Source of the DNA: Gnetum montanum
Taxonomy: Eukaryota; Plantae; Gnetophyta
Assembly: GCA_015680685.1 (NCBI GenBank)
Contig: MNCI01002984.1
Location: forward strand, 130,221-194,220
DNA: 64,000 nucleotides
Direction of reading: 5' to 3'
Below, piece after piece: positions 36,397 through 50,155 of the stretch. Position 1 is the stretch's first letter; each line of letters begins with the position of its first letter. Below the pieces are notes generated by a model. It did no database searches and was not told the origin of the DNA. It was given only the letters and a program-made list of their open reading frames with translations. The translations under genes were made by a program, and so were the position numbers.

Positions 36397-39300
36397 TATT
36401 TTGAGTTTTTTGAGTTGTTTTGAATGTTTTGTAGGTTTTGGAACTTGATTGTAATTTTCTATTTGAATAACTGAAGATAGCCAGTTTTGAAAAAAAAAAA
36501 CTATTTCTAGAATGATATCAATATTCTTTAATTTAAAATCATAAAAATATTTAAGAAAAGGAAGTTCTTGAAGATAAAATTTAATTTCATCATATCTACA
36601 ATGCTTACTCATGGTTTTTTTATCTACAAGATTAATTTTAACCATTTTTTATAGGTAGGATTAGGTTTAATGTTTAACTAGAATTGGTAAAATAAAATTC
36701 TAACTTTAACAGGTGTCTATTTAAAAGTTTGACTTTCCTACCTTTTATAAACCCTTTGATAATAAGTAAAAGAAATTAAAATTTTCACAAATTTGATTTA
36801 TTGAACATAAAAATTTTCTTCACTACACCCAATGTAGGAGGTTGTCTTTTACATTTTGTGATAGTGTTATTAGAAGTTTAGATTTATTTTGATTGCCATA
36901 GGATCTTGGTCATTACTTCAAGTAGTCATACTTAAAATGATATTTCCAACATTTGAAAAAACTGGTATGAATCTTCTTATTGGGACTATTCTTAATTATG
37001 ACTTGTCTAAAGGATGTATTCCTTAAATGGTTTGATTCCTTATAATCTTTTGCAATCCTATAAGCTTCATCCATATTTGCGTATTGTGAGCATGGGTTTC
37101 TAAATGTAACTGGTTATGTAGTCCCCAACAAAATTGGATGCAAGATCACTCTAGTCTTAATTGTTAATGTACCTTGATAGGTGTTGGTGACCATTTGGAA
37201 CCATCAATGTTGAAGGCCTCTCAATCTTTTGATGTTGGGGATCATGGGATTGAAGATGTTCTTCAAATAGGGTTTAGGTGCTTGCTAGTCTCTAGCAACA
37301 CCAAGGACTAGATACCTTCAAATAGACTCAATAGTTGTTACAATGGAAAATCTTAGTTGCTAGAAGAAACCAAGGATTCTTAGTTGCAAGCAACCTCAAC
37401 CCTGAATCCCCTAGGGCCTCTACAAGAAAAATGATGGTCTGGTAGATCACCTAGGGACTTAACAAGGTGCAAAATGAGGGTGTAACAAAAGTATACAAAT
37501 ATGCAAATCTATGAAATGATGCACTCAAACTATAAAAATTATTTCTAAAATTTTACACAAAATGAAATCATAAAATTTATTAAATAAACAAAAAATATGT
37601 TCAAAGATGTGTAAAAAATTGGTGCCCTTGAAGGAGGGCAAAAGGGTGGTTCACTTGGGCATAGGTTTAGAGTCCATTGAAGCCATGATAAACTCCACAA
37701 TCCAATATCTTTGCCACTCCTAATGCTATCGAACCTCCTTTGTCTCCTCCTTAGATCTATAATGTTGGTTAATATTGGGGGTTGTGGAAATGTGAAGGAT
37801 TGGATGGCCAAAATGCATTACATTGGGATTTGGTGATTCTAGGAGGGGTAACGTTGACACCCAAAGCTCACAAATCCAAAGTGGGGGAGTAATAGAAGTA
37901 ACAAGTTGTAGGGGTTCCACACTACTAGGCACCAAGAAGCTACATTTTTGATAAGGAAGAAAAAGCTCTTGGATGCCAAAATGCCAAGGGTAATGAATTA
38001 CCAAAGTGTGGAACCTTGACATGATGCCAAGCTATGGTTTTTATGGGGCTATGGCAATGATTTGTGCTATAAATTGGCTATAAATGGCTAACATGATTGG
38101 CTACAACTTGGCTACCAAATTGTTGATTGATTGGCTACAAATTGGCTACCAAGTTGCTAAAAATTAGCTACCATGTTTAGGAGGGTACGTGAGGTTCACC
38201 CCCCATGCATTGTAGTTGTCTACCCCATCCATGTTGTTTGACCCCCTCTCTCCTAGCTGGCTGACCCTCCTTCCACTAGAGGGGAAGAGTGTCAATGTTG
38301 AGGAGGGATGAGAGGTCAACGTTGGGGGTAAATGTCAACCCCTCTAGGTTGGGTTGTCCCCCTTTTCATGCTAGGGGTAGGTGAGTTCTACCTCCCTTAC
38401 ACTCCTCCATGTTGGCCTTGAAGCCTCCTAGATGGCTTACCCCCCTGTAGGGAATGTCTCATCGTAGAGAAATGTATAGCCCCCATAAAGCCCATCAAAT
38501 TGCCATTTTTGGCATTCCAAAAGTCATTTTTGACTCCCCCAAGCCTAAACATAGATACTAGATAACTCTTTTCACCTGAGGAATGAGTCTTTGATCACTT
38601 ATGAAGCATTTTTCAACTCCAAAAGTATGAAATATGTGAGATTGCCCCTTTATGAGTTACAACCTTCACATTTACAATAAATATTATCTCAGGTTCCATG
38701 GGATGGGATTACAAAGGTTTCAACATGAAAATTTGGTGGTGTTTCATTGGCCCCTCTTTGTTGATGTCTAGATGATTGACCCAAGAGGCACCAACCAAGA
38801 ATACAAAACAACACTACAAGTTGTCCATCAATGTTCCCTCTTTGTGCTTAATCCAGTTGTGTCAAACCATGTTGAAGAGTGCATGTGATGATGGGGATTT
38901 GGGCTATGATGGAGGAATGGTAATGGTAGTTAGGAAGATGGTCATGGAGGCTAATAATGCATTCCAAGTGTTTCTACCATGGCTATAGCATGGTACTAAC
39001 ATATTTTGAAGTGTTGGTCACTTAGCAAATATGTTTGAGGAATCAACCACTTCGCTTCAAGAGTTTTTTCTTCAGCCATTAGGCTTCAAGGCTTCTTTGG
39101 CAATTTGGCTTCTTGGAAATTTGCTTCCCCTATTGCTTGTTTCTTCTTTTTTTCCATTAGGTTTCACTACCAACACCTATTTGACATAGCTTTCCCATTA
39201 AGTAAGTTTTGTTACATTCAATGAACTTGAGAGTTACCCCATCGAACAAGATGTGTTACACTCAATGGACTTAATGTTTCTCGCCACTAAATGAATTATG

Positions 39301-39688
39301 TTACATTTAAGTGAACTTGAGGATGGAGCATGCTAAGGACATATCATATGGCTATAGTGCATGAATGACACACATGAGTTAACATTGTTGCTCAAGGTAT
39401 CAAAGGTTATAATCAAGCTATGGGGCTTGGCTCAAGGATTAGTGTCAAAGGAAGGGTGATGGTATAAGTACTCTTGACATAGCAGGACAAACTCACAAAA
39501 TCTTGTGTATCAAGGTCACGTGGTGAATTGTTATTGTACTAAGTTGCATCCTTGTGATGGCTTTAGGCTTCATCCTGCAAACACAAATCCAAGAGGATAA
39601 GAAAAAAAAAGCAAACAAAGCATGTTACAACATTACAATGCATATATAGGCGACATGGAGAATAAAACCAAGCTTCCTAGGTTACCAA

Positions 39689-40016
39689 TGTTGCCAATTT
39701 AAGGATGTGATGGGCCATGGTGCTAGTTTAAAGCCTTGGCAGGCTATGATGTCGGTTTAAGGTCATAGTGGATCATGATGTCAGTTTAGATTCTTAGCGA
39801 ACTATGATGCCAATTTAAATCCTCAGCGAGTTGTGATGCTAGTTTAAGGCTTGGTAGGACATGGTATTACTAGTTTTAGGCCCTGGTAGGCCATGTTGCC
39901 AATTTAAGGCCTCGATAGGCCATGGTACTAGTTTAAGGCCTCAATAGGCCATGATGCCAGTTTAAGGCCTCGATAGGCCATGGTGTTACTAGGTTTAGGC
40001 CCTGGAAGGCCATAGT
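39689..40016. repeat. 29-bp tandem hairpin repeat, ~11 copies
   Basis: Approximate consensus TGCCAGTTTAAGGCCTCGGTAGGCCATGA; related units at ~40700, ~40962, 44959-45175 and ~45332-45385. Confidence 0.9.
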
Positions 40017-41169
40017 TAAATGTTCCTATATCATGCAAAGATGTCGTGTAGGATCTTTTGTTGTAGATCATCAAAGTTATCAACATTAGTCATTCATTGC
40101 AACCTGTCAATAATGATAAACAACACTAAAAGCAAACATGTGAGAATTAGATATAATCAAGGCTATATTATGGCTTTAATGTTTCATAATAAGGGCTTGA
40201 TGTGATTATGAGTAGGCTTGAGATTTGGTGAGGAACTTGGTCCTATACATTTTCTCCTCATTATCATGGTTTAGATGGGAATTCTAGCTAGAGGACCCTC
40301 CATGATGTTTCTAGTTTCAAGGTTAATAGTAGTTAGCCTACTTCAAGGTGTTATAGCTACATGGTGTAGCAGTTTCAAGGCTCAAGGTTTGGATATTTAA
40401 GGTTAACTTGGTTCGATAACATCACAAGAGGGGTTTACTTGGGCTTTAAGGCTAGCCCAATCTACTTCCTCATCCCCCTAGCCTAATCTACATGACAACA
40501 TAAGCACATCAAGTAGCACCTATGTAATAAAATGATGAAAATTGATGAAAATCAATAGAATAATGCCAACAATAATGCAAAATATCATGGTAATAATGCA
40601 TAAATAAGACAACATGTTGAAATAAAGGCCATGAAAGTATCCAAGTAACATTAAAAAAGGTAATGTAAGGTGATGTAGGGTCAAACATGATTAAACATTT
40701 GCCAGTTTAAGGCCTTAGCAAGCCATGATCACATGGTGTCAAATAGTGGGCAAGGAAGGTCAAACCCCACTATTTGATACTAATCAAAGGCAAAACAAGG
40801 GCAAATAAAATACATAAAGGAAATAGAAGGCTATAGAAAGGCTACAAGAATGTTATTAGGGTCAACAATGCAACATAAGGCCAAAAACAAGTTGAAACAT
40901 GAAGCACATCATGCTATATATGCTCAAACTTGGCTAATATAGGTCAAAAGAGGTTGGGTTTTGCTAGTTTTAGGCCTTAGTAGATCATGGTTTAGGGTTC
41001 CGAGGTTGTTAGATGGGTTTGGGCATTAGTTAGGGTTGTTTTTGGGCTGTTTGGGCTTTAAAAATAAGATTTTTAAAGCTTCTACACTAAGACTCCCTTG
41101 CTTCTACACTGAGCGCACCGTGCCCTCCCCACAACCCCCTTGGCAGCAAATCCCCACCCCACCCTCTCT

Positions 41170-41872
41170 AGGAGGGATATGCTAACATGGAGGGTTCCAA
41201 ATGGATTGAATTTTGATGAATTTTGGTTAATTTTGGGCATGCATGTGCATTCTTGGGGTTGTCAATGCTACTTAACACTACCCAAGATTAGAAGTTGTCA
41301 ATTTCAAGGCATTTAACTTAATTTTTAGAGTTACCCCTTTGTTTCCACATTCAACTCGCCCACCACACTCCCCACCCCCACCCCACCCCTTCTAAGGGGA
41401 TATATTAGTGTGAAGGATTTCAAGGGGTTGATTTTTGATAAATTTTAATCAATTTTGGTCTTGCATGTGCATTCCCAAGGTTGTCAATGTTGCTGAGCAT
41501 CATCTAAGATCAAAAGTTGTTAGTTTTAAGGTTTTTAAATTAATTTTTGAGGTCACCCCCTTATTTTCATGTCAAACCCCCCTTTTAGGGGGGGTATGTC
41601 ATCATGGAGGATCCTAAGGAACTAATTTTTAACAAATTTTAATCAAGTTTGGACATGCATGTGCATTCCTAGGGTTGTTAGTGTTGTCGAGCATTATCCA
41701 AGATTAAAAGTTGTTGATTTTAAGGATTTTTGTTAATTTTTAAAGCTACCCCCTTGTTTCCATGTTGAGGCCCCCATCCAGGGGGTATGTCAATGTGGAG
41801 GATTCCAAAGGGTTGATTTTTAATAAATGTTGATGGATTTTGGGCTTGCATGTGCATTCTCGAGGTTGTTGG
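41170..41872. repeat. ~190-220-bp tandem repeat, 3-4 copies
   Basis: GCATGTGCATT anchor recurs at ~41241, 41463, 41657 and 41848 with collinear flanks. Confidence 0.85.
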
Positions 41873-42659
41873 TGTGACGTCCAAAAACATCGGTGGCTGG
41901 AACACCGAGAGGTTCATGGGCGTACAACCTAACCCCAAATATGTTCTAGGGCTATGCTGGAGAAAACAAAAATGGGATGCCCTAAATGGTCTTGTTGATC
42001 AAATAGGGATTTATGTGGTGTTAAAATGACCATGTGTGAGAAGAGTTTATACTACATTACACGTGGGCATCAGGTCTGGGAAAGCTAGAGTGTAGCAGGG
42101 TGTCTCGACCTAAGAACTATGACATGAACATGCAAATATGTATGAAAAGTGAGAAAATGCAAGCATTACACTAAATGCCAAAGAGAAATTCTTGAGAAAT
42201 GCAACAGAATTTGAGAACAATAGTGCACCGCCCCAAAAGAGGGAGTGTAGCTAATTCACAAAGGTATACACAGTGTACAATAGGCACAGTGGGAGCATAG
42301 TCATAGCCTCAATGGTGTCAGACTATGAATTCTGGTGCTCACTGTATTGGACTATGCCTATCAGTTTGGTAGCCACAGTGTACCATGTGATGTTCTACAA
42401 GGATGCAATGGGGCTATAGTGTACCATGTGGTGTAGCTATGCCTATCTACTGATGTGGTGTGCTCTGGGTCTCGTTCACCCATGGAGCTAAGTGCCAAAT
42501 GCCAAAATGGAAGTGCCAACTACCTTACTAGTCAAGAATGGAAGCCTCCTCCTTCACTCTCTTCCTCTTCCCCCCTTCCCCCCCACCCGGTCTCTAAAAA
42601 ATTAGGGTGCAGGGGTACTTATCGAACTAAGGTTAGCCCAAAATGCAGATCAGGTGGCA

Positions 42660-43613
42660 TGTTGCAGTGTGGTGGATGGAACCACAAGATGCTATTTACT
42701 GGGATTGTCCCGTGTTATGTGCAAGACATAGGACGTTGGCTGCTGGGCTTGTCCCATGTTACGTGAAGGACACGGGACGCTGGCTGCTACACTTGTCTCA
42801 TGTTACGTGCAAGTCATAGGACACTATTTGTTGGGCTTGTCCCATGTTACATGTAGGACACAAGATGCTAGCTGCTATTCTTGTTCCATGTTATGCATAG
42901 GACATAGGACGTTGTCTATTGGGCTTGTTCCATGTTACACATAGGACATAGGACATTGTCTGCTACACTTGTCTCATGTTACGCATAGGACATGGAATGT
43001 TGGCTGCTACACTTGTCTAGTGTTATGCATAGGGCATAGGATGTTGTTTGCTAAGCTTGTCCTATGTTATGCACAGGACATAGGACACTGCTTGCTACGC
43101 TTATCCCATGTTATGCGTAGGACATGGGACGTTGGCTACTACGCTTATCCCATGTTACACGTAGGACACAGGACGTTGCCTGCTAGGTTTGTCTTATGTT
43201 ACGCGTAGGACACAGGACGTTGTCTACTACACTTATCCCCTATTACATGCAAGATATAGGATGCTGGCTAGATGTGTTATGCTACGCTACACTACACAGC
43301 TTGACAGGTGTTATGTTACGCTACGCTGCACAACATGATAGGGTGCTATGCTACACAGTGTGACATGGTGCTATGTTGTGCTATGCTACACAGCATGACA
43401 GGGTGCTATGTTGTGCTACACTGCACAATGTTACATGGTACTATGCTACGCTACACTGCACAATGTGACAAGGTGCTACACTGTGCTACGCTATGCAATG
43501 TGACATGGTGTTACGTTGCGCTACACTATACAGCATGACAAGGTGCTACACTACATAGCATGACATGGTGCTATGTTATGCTATGCTATGCAGCTATGCT
43601 ACACAGCGTGACA
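42660..43613. repeat. LTR-internal tandem arrays: 44-bp unit (~13 copies) then ~25-30-bp GCTAC-rich unit
   Basis: CTTGTCCCATGTTAC recurs every 44 bp from 42704 to 43245; GCTACACAGCGTGACA-type units run 43270-43613. Confidence 0.9.
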
Positions 43614-45599
43614 TGTGAATTTGTAGAAATTTCCATCATTCTAATGGTTAGAAAAAGTTTGCAAATCTAGCAGTTGGAGATGACTACACTCAACACTTGG
43701 AAAAATATGGGCAAAGTGCCACCGTTTTGACACTTAACCAAATTTACAGTTGAGATGCTAAGACCTGAAATTTTTTGGTGTTTCAACGATCCCTCTTTGT
43801 TGATGTCTGGAGGAGTGACCCGAGAGACGTTAACAAAGAATTATAAAACACCATAACAGACATGCCACCAACATCAATTGTCAGTACAAGATCAGATGTT
43901 GTTTTACCATGCTCAAGAGTGCCATGGGAATAAGGTTATGCTAAGGGATAAGGAGTATAGGCAATGCTAGGGAGATGACGTTTAAATGGTGGAAATGAAA
44001 TGCAAATAGTGGATCATGATGTAAGATGCAAATTCAGCATAGCTGATAGTGACCATGGCATGAAGTGGTTCACCCCTAAAATGTTAACCTCTCATTAGAG
44101 TGCTTATGAGAACATCAAAGTCAATCTAAGGCTAGGCCAATTGCGAAGCTGCAGCATTGTCAATTTTCATGGGGATGTGTTTTTTCCCATTTTCTCTTTT
44201 TTTGTGAGGAAAATCTTCTTTGGGTTTGGCTTACTACTAAATATTAGCTACAAGTTGGCCATCGAGAAGACTGGCTTGTTTTGATGTATTCACATTGCAT
44301 CTGTAGGATAGGTGTTTCCTCCCCAGGATGAGTTGTGTTACATCCATTTAGGGCTTTGACTAGCCCAGAAAGGCTCTCCATGGGATGAGTTATGTTACAT
44401 CTATCATGATTTTAGTGGTTGATGTAAAGAGAATGTCATGTTCATCACAATGCATATGCTAGAGGGATGTGAAATCATGAGTATGTGGGGGATGAGAGGA
44501 TATTGGGATGAAGGACTGGATATGCATAGGCTATAATAGGGATGAGGGGGGATGTGCACTCTTGAGTGGCCTAACTAGTCTAATCATGCATATCAGAGCA
44601 ATGTGGTGACTTGCTTCTACAATGAGTTGCATCTCTACATGACCACCTTTGAGGCTTCATCCTGCAAACATAACTCTGAGAAGACAAGAAAACCACACAA
44701 CGTGAAATGCAATTGCAAATGCCAGATGTGAAGATGCTGAAGTGCTAGATGCGAAGATGCTGTAAATGTGTCAAATGTTGTGCCAGCTGCAAGTGCTCAG
44801 GAAGCCAATGAAAATGTTGTGGTAATGATGTTGCAAGTCCTCTAAAGGTCACACTAATGAAAATTTCTTCGAAAGATCAGGAGAATGGTGGGAGGTGATG
44901 ATGCTATGAGTGCCACCAAGGTCGCATTAATGGCAAGTGCTCCAAAAGATCAACAATATGCCAGTTTAAAGTCTTGGTAGACTGTGAACATAGTTTAAGG
45001 TCCTAGCAGACCATGATGTGCTAGTTTATAGTCCTAGTAGACTGTTGGATGCTAGTTTAATGTCATAGTAGACAGTGGATGTTGTGCCAGTTTAGCATCA
45101 TGACCTAAGAACGAGCTGTGCTAGTTTATAGTCATAGCAAACTATCTATGTCAGTTTATAGTCATAGCAAACTAGTGCTTATCTTGCTTATATAAGGTGC
45201 AATGTTGCATGCGTAGTCATGCTATGTGCCTATCGAATCCTACAAAAATCAACTAGAAAAAAAACATCAAGTGGAAACTATTGTAAATAGAGTTGAAATG
45301 CACAGATGAAAGGAAAGTAGAGCAAACATTGATAGTTTTAGGCCTTCTCGAGCTGTAGGCTAATTTAAGGCCTTTTTGGGTCATGTGTTTTTGTAGTTTT
45401 ATGTTTTTTTTTTATGTTTTTCAAATGCAATGTGTAAACTAAGTTGATGCATGCGTAAAAAAAGTAGAAATGTGTAAACAAAGCAAAATGCATGATCTAA
45501 GTGAGTGGGCAAAATCTAAACACGTAGGCTAGTGCGATGTAGATGAAAGTCAAAAATGCATGGCAAGCAGAGGCAAAGGGTAGGCAAGCACCTAGCATA

Positions 45600-48500
45600 T
45601 TTTTGGCCAAGGGAAAGTCTTGGTCATGTAATTGCTTCCTAACCAAGTGTGGATTAGGGAGCGTACAAGGCTTAGGATCCTCTAGGAAGCTATTGGCTTC
45701 AACCACTCATTCGGGTGTGTTAGCCTTAGGTGCTGCATTGGTTGTCATAGGTGTACCACCAAGAAACTCTTCTTCCGAAACTTGCATCATGTCTATGTTG
45801 TGGATAGTTAAAGAGAAAGCATTATCACCATGGATGGTAACTTGGCCACCTTTGTATGGAAGGTGGATTTCTTGGTGGATGGGAGAGGAAATGGCCCTTA
45901 GTTGGGCTAGCCAAGGCCTACCTAGAATCATGTTAAAACCTAGCATCTCCTCTATGATAGTGAAATCTACACTAATGGGGAATTTCTCTCCTACATCAAA
46001 GGCTAATTTGATTATACCTCTAACTGTGACACATGATCCGTTGAAGGATTTTAGACACATGGTTTTGGTTGGCCTGATTTCATCTGCCAGGCCTAACTTG
46101 TCGATGATGGAGTACAGGACTACATTTTTTGCTGCACCATCATCGGCATGCACTCTGCAGGTGCACTACCCAACACATATGCTAATGGATAGTGGAGCTA
46201 TAGTGACCTCCCCTCGTTCGAGGTTGACTTTGACTGCATTGTCATGGAACACTAAGGATGTTGAACTTGATTCTTATGGTGTAGGGGGCAACATTGTTGC
46301 ACGGATGGATGTCTCATTTGTAGGGATGTCTTCTGTAATAGGAATGGAGGCCAAGATCTAGGCCAATGCTTGGTAGTGAGTAGATGAGGTCATGACCAGG
46401 TCATACAAGCTCAATGTTGTGTTCTTTTGCTTGAGTGTTTGTTTCACTTGGGTTAGTGCAGCTACAAAGTCTTTGTCATTGGCTATTTTGTTGGCCTTAA
46501 TTTCCGCCATGTGGATTGAGAGACAGATCTCTCGAGCAGGGGACTTGGGCTTGGTTTACTTGGCCTGCTTGGGGGTAGGGGCCCCAGTGTTTGGCTGTTG
46601 CTTGTTGATTATAGCCTTTTCTTCAACCATGGGGGTCAAGAGGCACTCACTCATCCTTTTGCATTGCCATTTAGTAGGCCTACCTAGGTTACTAGTGGGA
46701 TCAACCCTTGAAGGAGGAGGAATCGAGATGTTGCCCACTATTGGACTTCGAGTAGCTGAGGGGCCATCACGTTGTGGCATCCTTATGATAAAGGGTGGCT
46801 TAGGAGTTGTTGTGTGACCAACTCGTTGTGGCACCTTGATAACAAAAATTTTCTTAGTGGTTGCTATTGCTACATCATGTTAGTTTAATGTCTTAGCAGA
46901 TGACTGGTTTGGGACCTTGACCACAAAGGGTGTTACAGGTGCCAGAGGTGGTACTTTGATGAAAAAGGGAGGCCTCTTATTTGTGGAGGTTGAGGGGATC
47001 CTTTCCTTGCTAGGAGGCACATGGGTCAAAAAAGGTTGTTGCGTAGGTTTTGGCTTGCCACCTATACTAATGAAATTTATGACATAGGAGGCATCATCTA
47101 CATTGAATTGGCTCGCTACGTCTAGCACCAATTGGCACTGTTCTATCATTCTTTGTAGGTTGTCCTGCAAAGCATGACAATTGTTTGTACTATGACCAGA
47201 CAACTTGTGGTAATGACAGTATTGGTCCAGCTTGAAGTGTTGTGGGACTGGGGGCTCATTTGGTACTACTAAGGTAGGGTTCCTCAGCAGTTCGCAATAC
47301 CTATCATGTTTTTGGTGAGCAATCTCTGATACGTGTTTGTATTGGATTTACCTGGCTTTCAGGAGTTTCTCCAACAATTTAGAGGGTTCCATTAGTAGTG
47401 GTGTATACTTTGAGTGGTCCTTACGTTGAAAGTTAGGCCTTGGGGTGGCCCTTTCCGATGTAGGCAAGTTGGCACTAGAGTTGCCATTTTTGTCAACTAG
47501 AGCATTGGGCTGCTTAGCTGTTGGGTACCAATTGGTTACTTTTGTGCTTGCGGCCATTGTTGCCACTATTGTATTCTACTTGCGAGCATGTTGGTTTCTA
47601 TAGGCCACTTAGGCTAGGTCATTGCTAGCTTGTGCTGCTACCTCTATACCTTTTGTTTGGGCAAAGGCTTGGATAAGAGACTTTAGGGCTAGATAATATA
47701 GTTTGTACTTAATGAAGCCATTTACTGCACCTTTGAAAATGGCTAGTAGATGTGTCTCCACTAAGAGTTCATGCATTTCACTCAATGCAGCATTACAATG
47801 TTGGAGGAATTTTGGCATGGTCTCTAGAGGCCCTTGCTTAAATTACATCAACTGGTTAAGGGTTGCTTCAAGCTTTAGGTTGTACCTAAAGAGTGTCACA
47901 AACTTTCTTATCAGATCCTCTAAAGAGGAGATTGAGGCCTTGGGTAGCATGTGATACTAGTCTAAGGCCTTGTCCATGAGTGACATGGGGAACATGTGCA
48001 TGATGGCATGTGGACAGGCTTGAAAGAGTAGGCACTCAGATCAAAATGTGACCAAGTGTGCATTAGGATCCCCTTCACCATTGTACTTGGTGAATTACGG
48101 TAGCTGGACCCCAATTGGGAGAGTTAGAGGTGGTACCGTAGGATTATGGGGTCATCTCAGTACAAGTCCACCACCTTGACGATGTCAAAGGAGGTAGCCT
48201 TAAGTCATTTTATCTCCTCTATCAAGCTTTGGATTAGCTAGAATGCCTGATCCAAGCTTGGGGACGTACCATCTGGTTGCATTGGCTGGGCTTGTGTTGG
48301 TTGCATAGCATAGGGTTGAATTGTTGGTTGTGGAGTTTGCTAGTTTAACATCGTAGCAGGTGGGTGTAGTTGATGTGTTGGTTGAGTGATGGATGCGGTG
48401 ATTGAAGTAGGCCACACATGAGTGGGTTGGATGAACACCACAGATGCCAATGAGATAGGTGGGACGTAGGATGCCTGGGTTATTTGGAGTTGAGAGGTGG

Positions 48501-48990
48501 CTCCTACATGAGCATAGTGTTGGGAAAATGCATTAGTTGCTTGTGAGGAAGGCTAAATTGGCATGGTCACCATCTCAAAGAACTAAACCGAGGAGGAGCT
48601 ATACTAGGGAGTGGTTTTTGGAAAATAGTGTAGAGGGGGCTCTTGTGCTCAAAGAGGGCCTCAAACTCATCTTCTTCCTTCTATGAGGCTTCCTCGTAGG
48701 TTGTCCTTGCATCATGCTTGTTTGCACGGATGAATTGGGACAACAACTAGTGGTAGGACTCCATGAGTGGGATTATGTCAAACAAGGAGGGGTTGTACTC
48801 CTGTCCATTCTAGTGGACTTTTTCGTAGTCCTATTTTGCCTCCAAATCAAGGTAATCCACTGGTAGTCCTACTTGGATTTTGGCACAAACAAAATTGTAT
48901 TCTTTGTGGCTTAGTGCGGCACGCTTTGGTTGGATTGTGGTATCAAACGTGTTAGACATCGATGTGGAAGGTTGACTTGGATTCATATTC
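45600..48990 (-). pseudogene. gag: Tat-like gag-protease of element Y
   Basis: Retrotrans_gag core, YCHYHKLSGHSTNNC knuckle, HADDGAAKNVV protease site and FNMILGRPWL motif. Confidence 0.85.
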
Positions 48991-50155
48991 ATAGATCGAG
49001 TTGTGAGAGTTGCAATTTGTAGAAAATGGCTAACTCTGAAAAATGCAGAAAAATGACTAAGTCTGTCAATAGCAAAAAAATATATGAAAATGGTTAAGTG
49101 TAAAAATATAGAAAAATTGCTAGGTATGAAAATGCACAAAAAATGCTAAGTATGAAAAATATGAAAAATGGCCAACTTTGGTGCTACACTCGCTATGCTA
49201 GAGCTTGGTATGCTTGCTACACTAGAGCTTGATACACTCGCTACGCTAGAGCTTGTCAAGCCTGCTACACTAAAGCTTGCTACGTTAGAGCTTGCTACAC
49301 TATAGCTTGTCAAGCTTGCTACGCTAGAGCTTGTCACACTTTGAGAACTTGTTATGCTCTCTAGAACATCGAGAGTTTTGACACTATAGCCTAGTCCTAT
49401 AAGTACTCCTGCAACCTAATGTTTCAGAGATGGGGGGAAAGAGGAAGAGAGGGAAGGAGGAGGCTTCCATTCTTGACTAGTAAGGTAGTTGGAACTACCA
49501 TTTTGGCATTTGGCACTTTGGGATCTTGTTAATTAGCTCCATGGGCAAACAAGACCCACAGCACACCACACCAGTAGAGAGGCACAGCTACACCACATGG
49601 TACACTGCAGCCCCATTACCGCCTCGTAGAACATCACATGGTATACCATGTCTACCAACCCGGTAGGCATAGTCTAATACAGTGAGCACCAGATGTCACA
49701 GTCTAACACCACCAAGGCTATGACTACGCTCCCACTACACCTATTGTAAACTATGTATACCCTTGTGAATTAGCTACGCTCCCTCTTTTGGAGCAGTGCA
49801 CTACTATTCTCAAATTCTGTTGCATTTCTCAAGCATTTCTCTTTGGTATTTAGTGTAATGCTTGTATTTATTCACTTTTCATACATATTTGCACGTTCAC
49901 GTCATAGTTCTTAGGCCAAGACATCCTACTACACTCTAGCTTTCCTGGACCCGATGCCTACGCATAACATAGTATAAACTCTTCTCACACATGGTAATTT
50001 TAACATCACATAAGTCCCTATTTGATTGACAAGACCATTTAGGGCATCCCATTTTCATTTTCTTCAGCACTTCCCTTGCACGAATTCAAGGTTAGGCTAT
50101 ACACCCATGGACCTCTCGACGTTCCAGCCACTAACATTTTCAAATGTCATAGTTT

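Larger units (their letters stand above)
37117..41872 (-). mobile_element. Tat/Ogre-like element Z, 3' part: 3' LTR (38746-37117) and repeat-rich 3' region
   Basis: Minus-strand PPT AAAGAGGGGCC then TGAAACACC; putative LTR end GGGGACTACA; pre-PPT region homologous to 43786-43930. Confidence 0.65.
41873..49383 (-). mobile_element. Non-autonomous Tat-like element Y (gag-PR only); 3' LTR 43785-41873; 5' LTR and PBS missing
   Basis: Gag and protease are followed by ~1.8 kb non-coding DNA, PPT AAAGAGGGAT and LTR TGAAACACC...GACGTCACA; no RT/RH/IN. Confidence 0.8.

Noticed and set aside
39689-40016. CRISPR-like array of 29-bp palindromic repeats
   Set aside because: Units are contiguous with no unique spacers, no cas genes are present, and the context is a plant retrotransposon 3' region.
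42455-43538. Cys/His-rich short ORFs
   Set aside because: They are translations of LTR tandem repeats.
45543-46361. 272-aa plus-strand ORF, also partly open at 53209-53802 on the minus strand
   Set aside because: It is antisense to the Tat protease in the register where third codon positions coincide, which commonly stays open as a by-product; no motif recognised.
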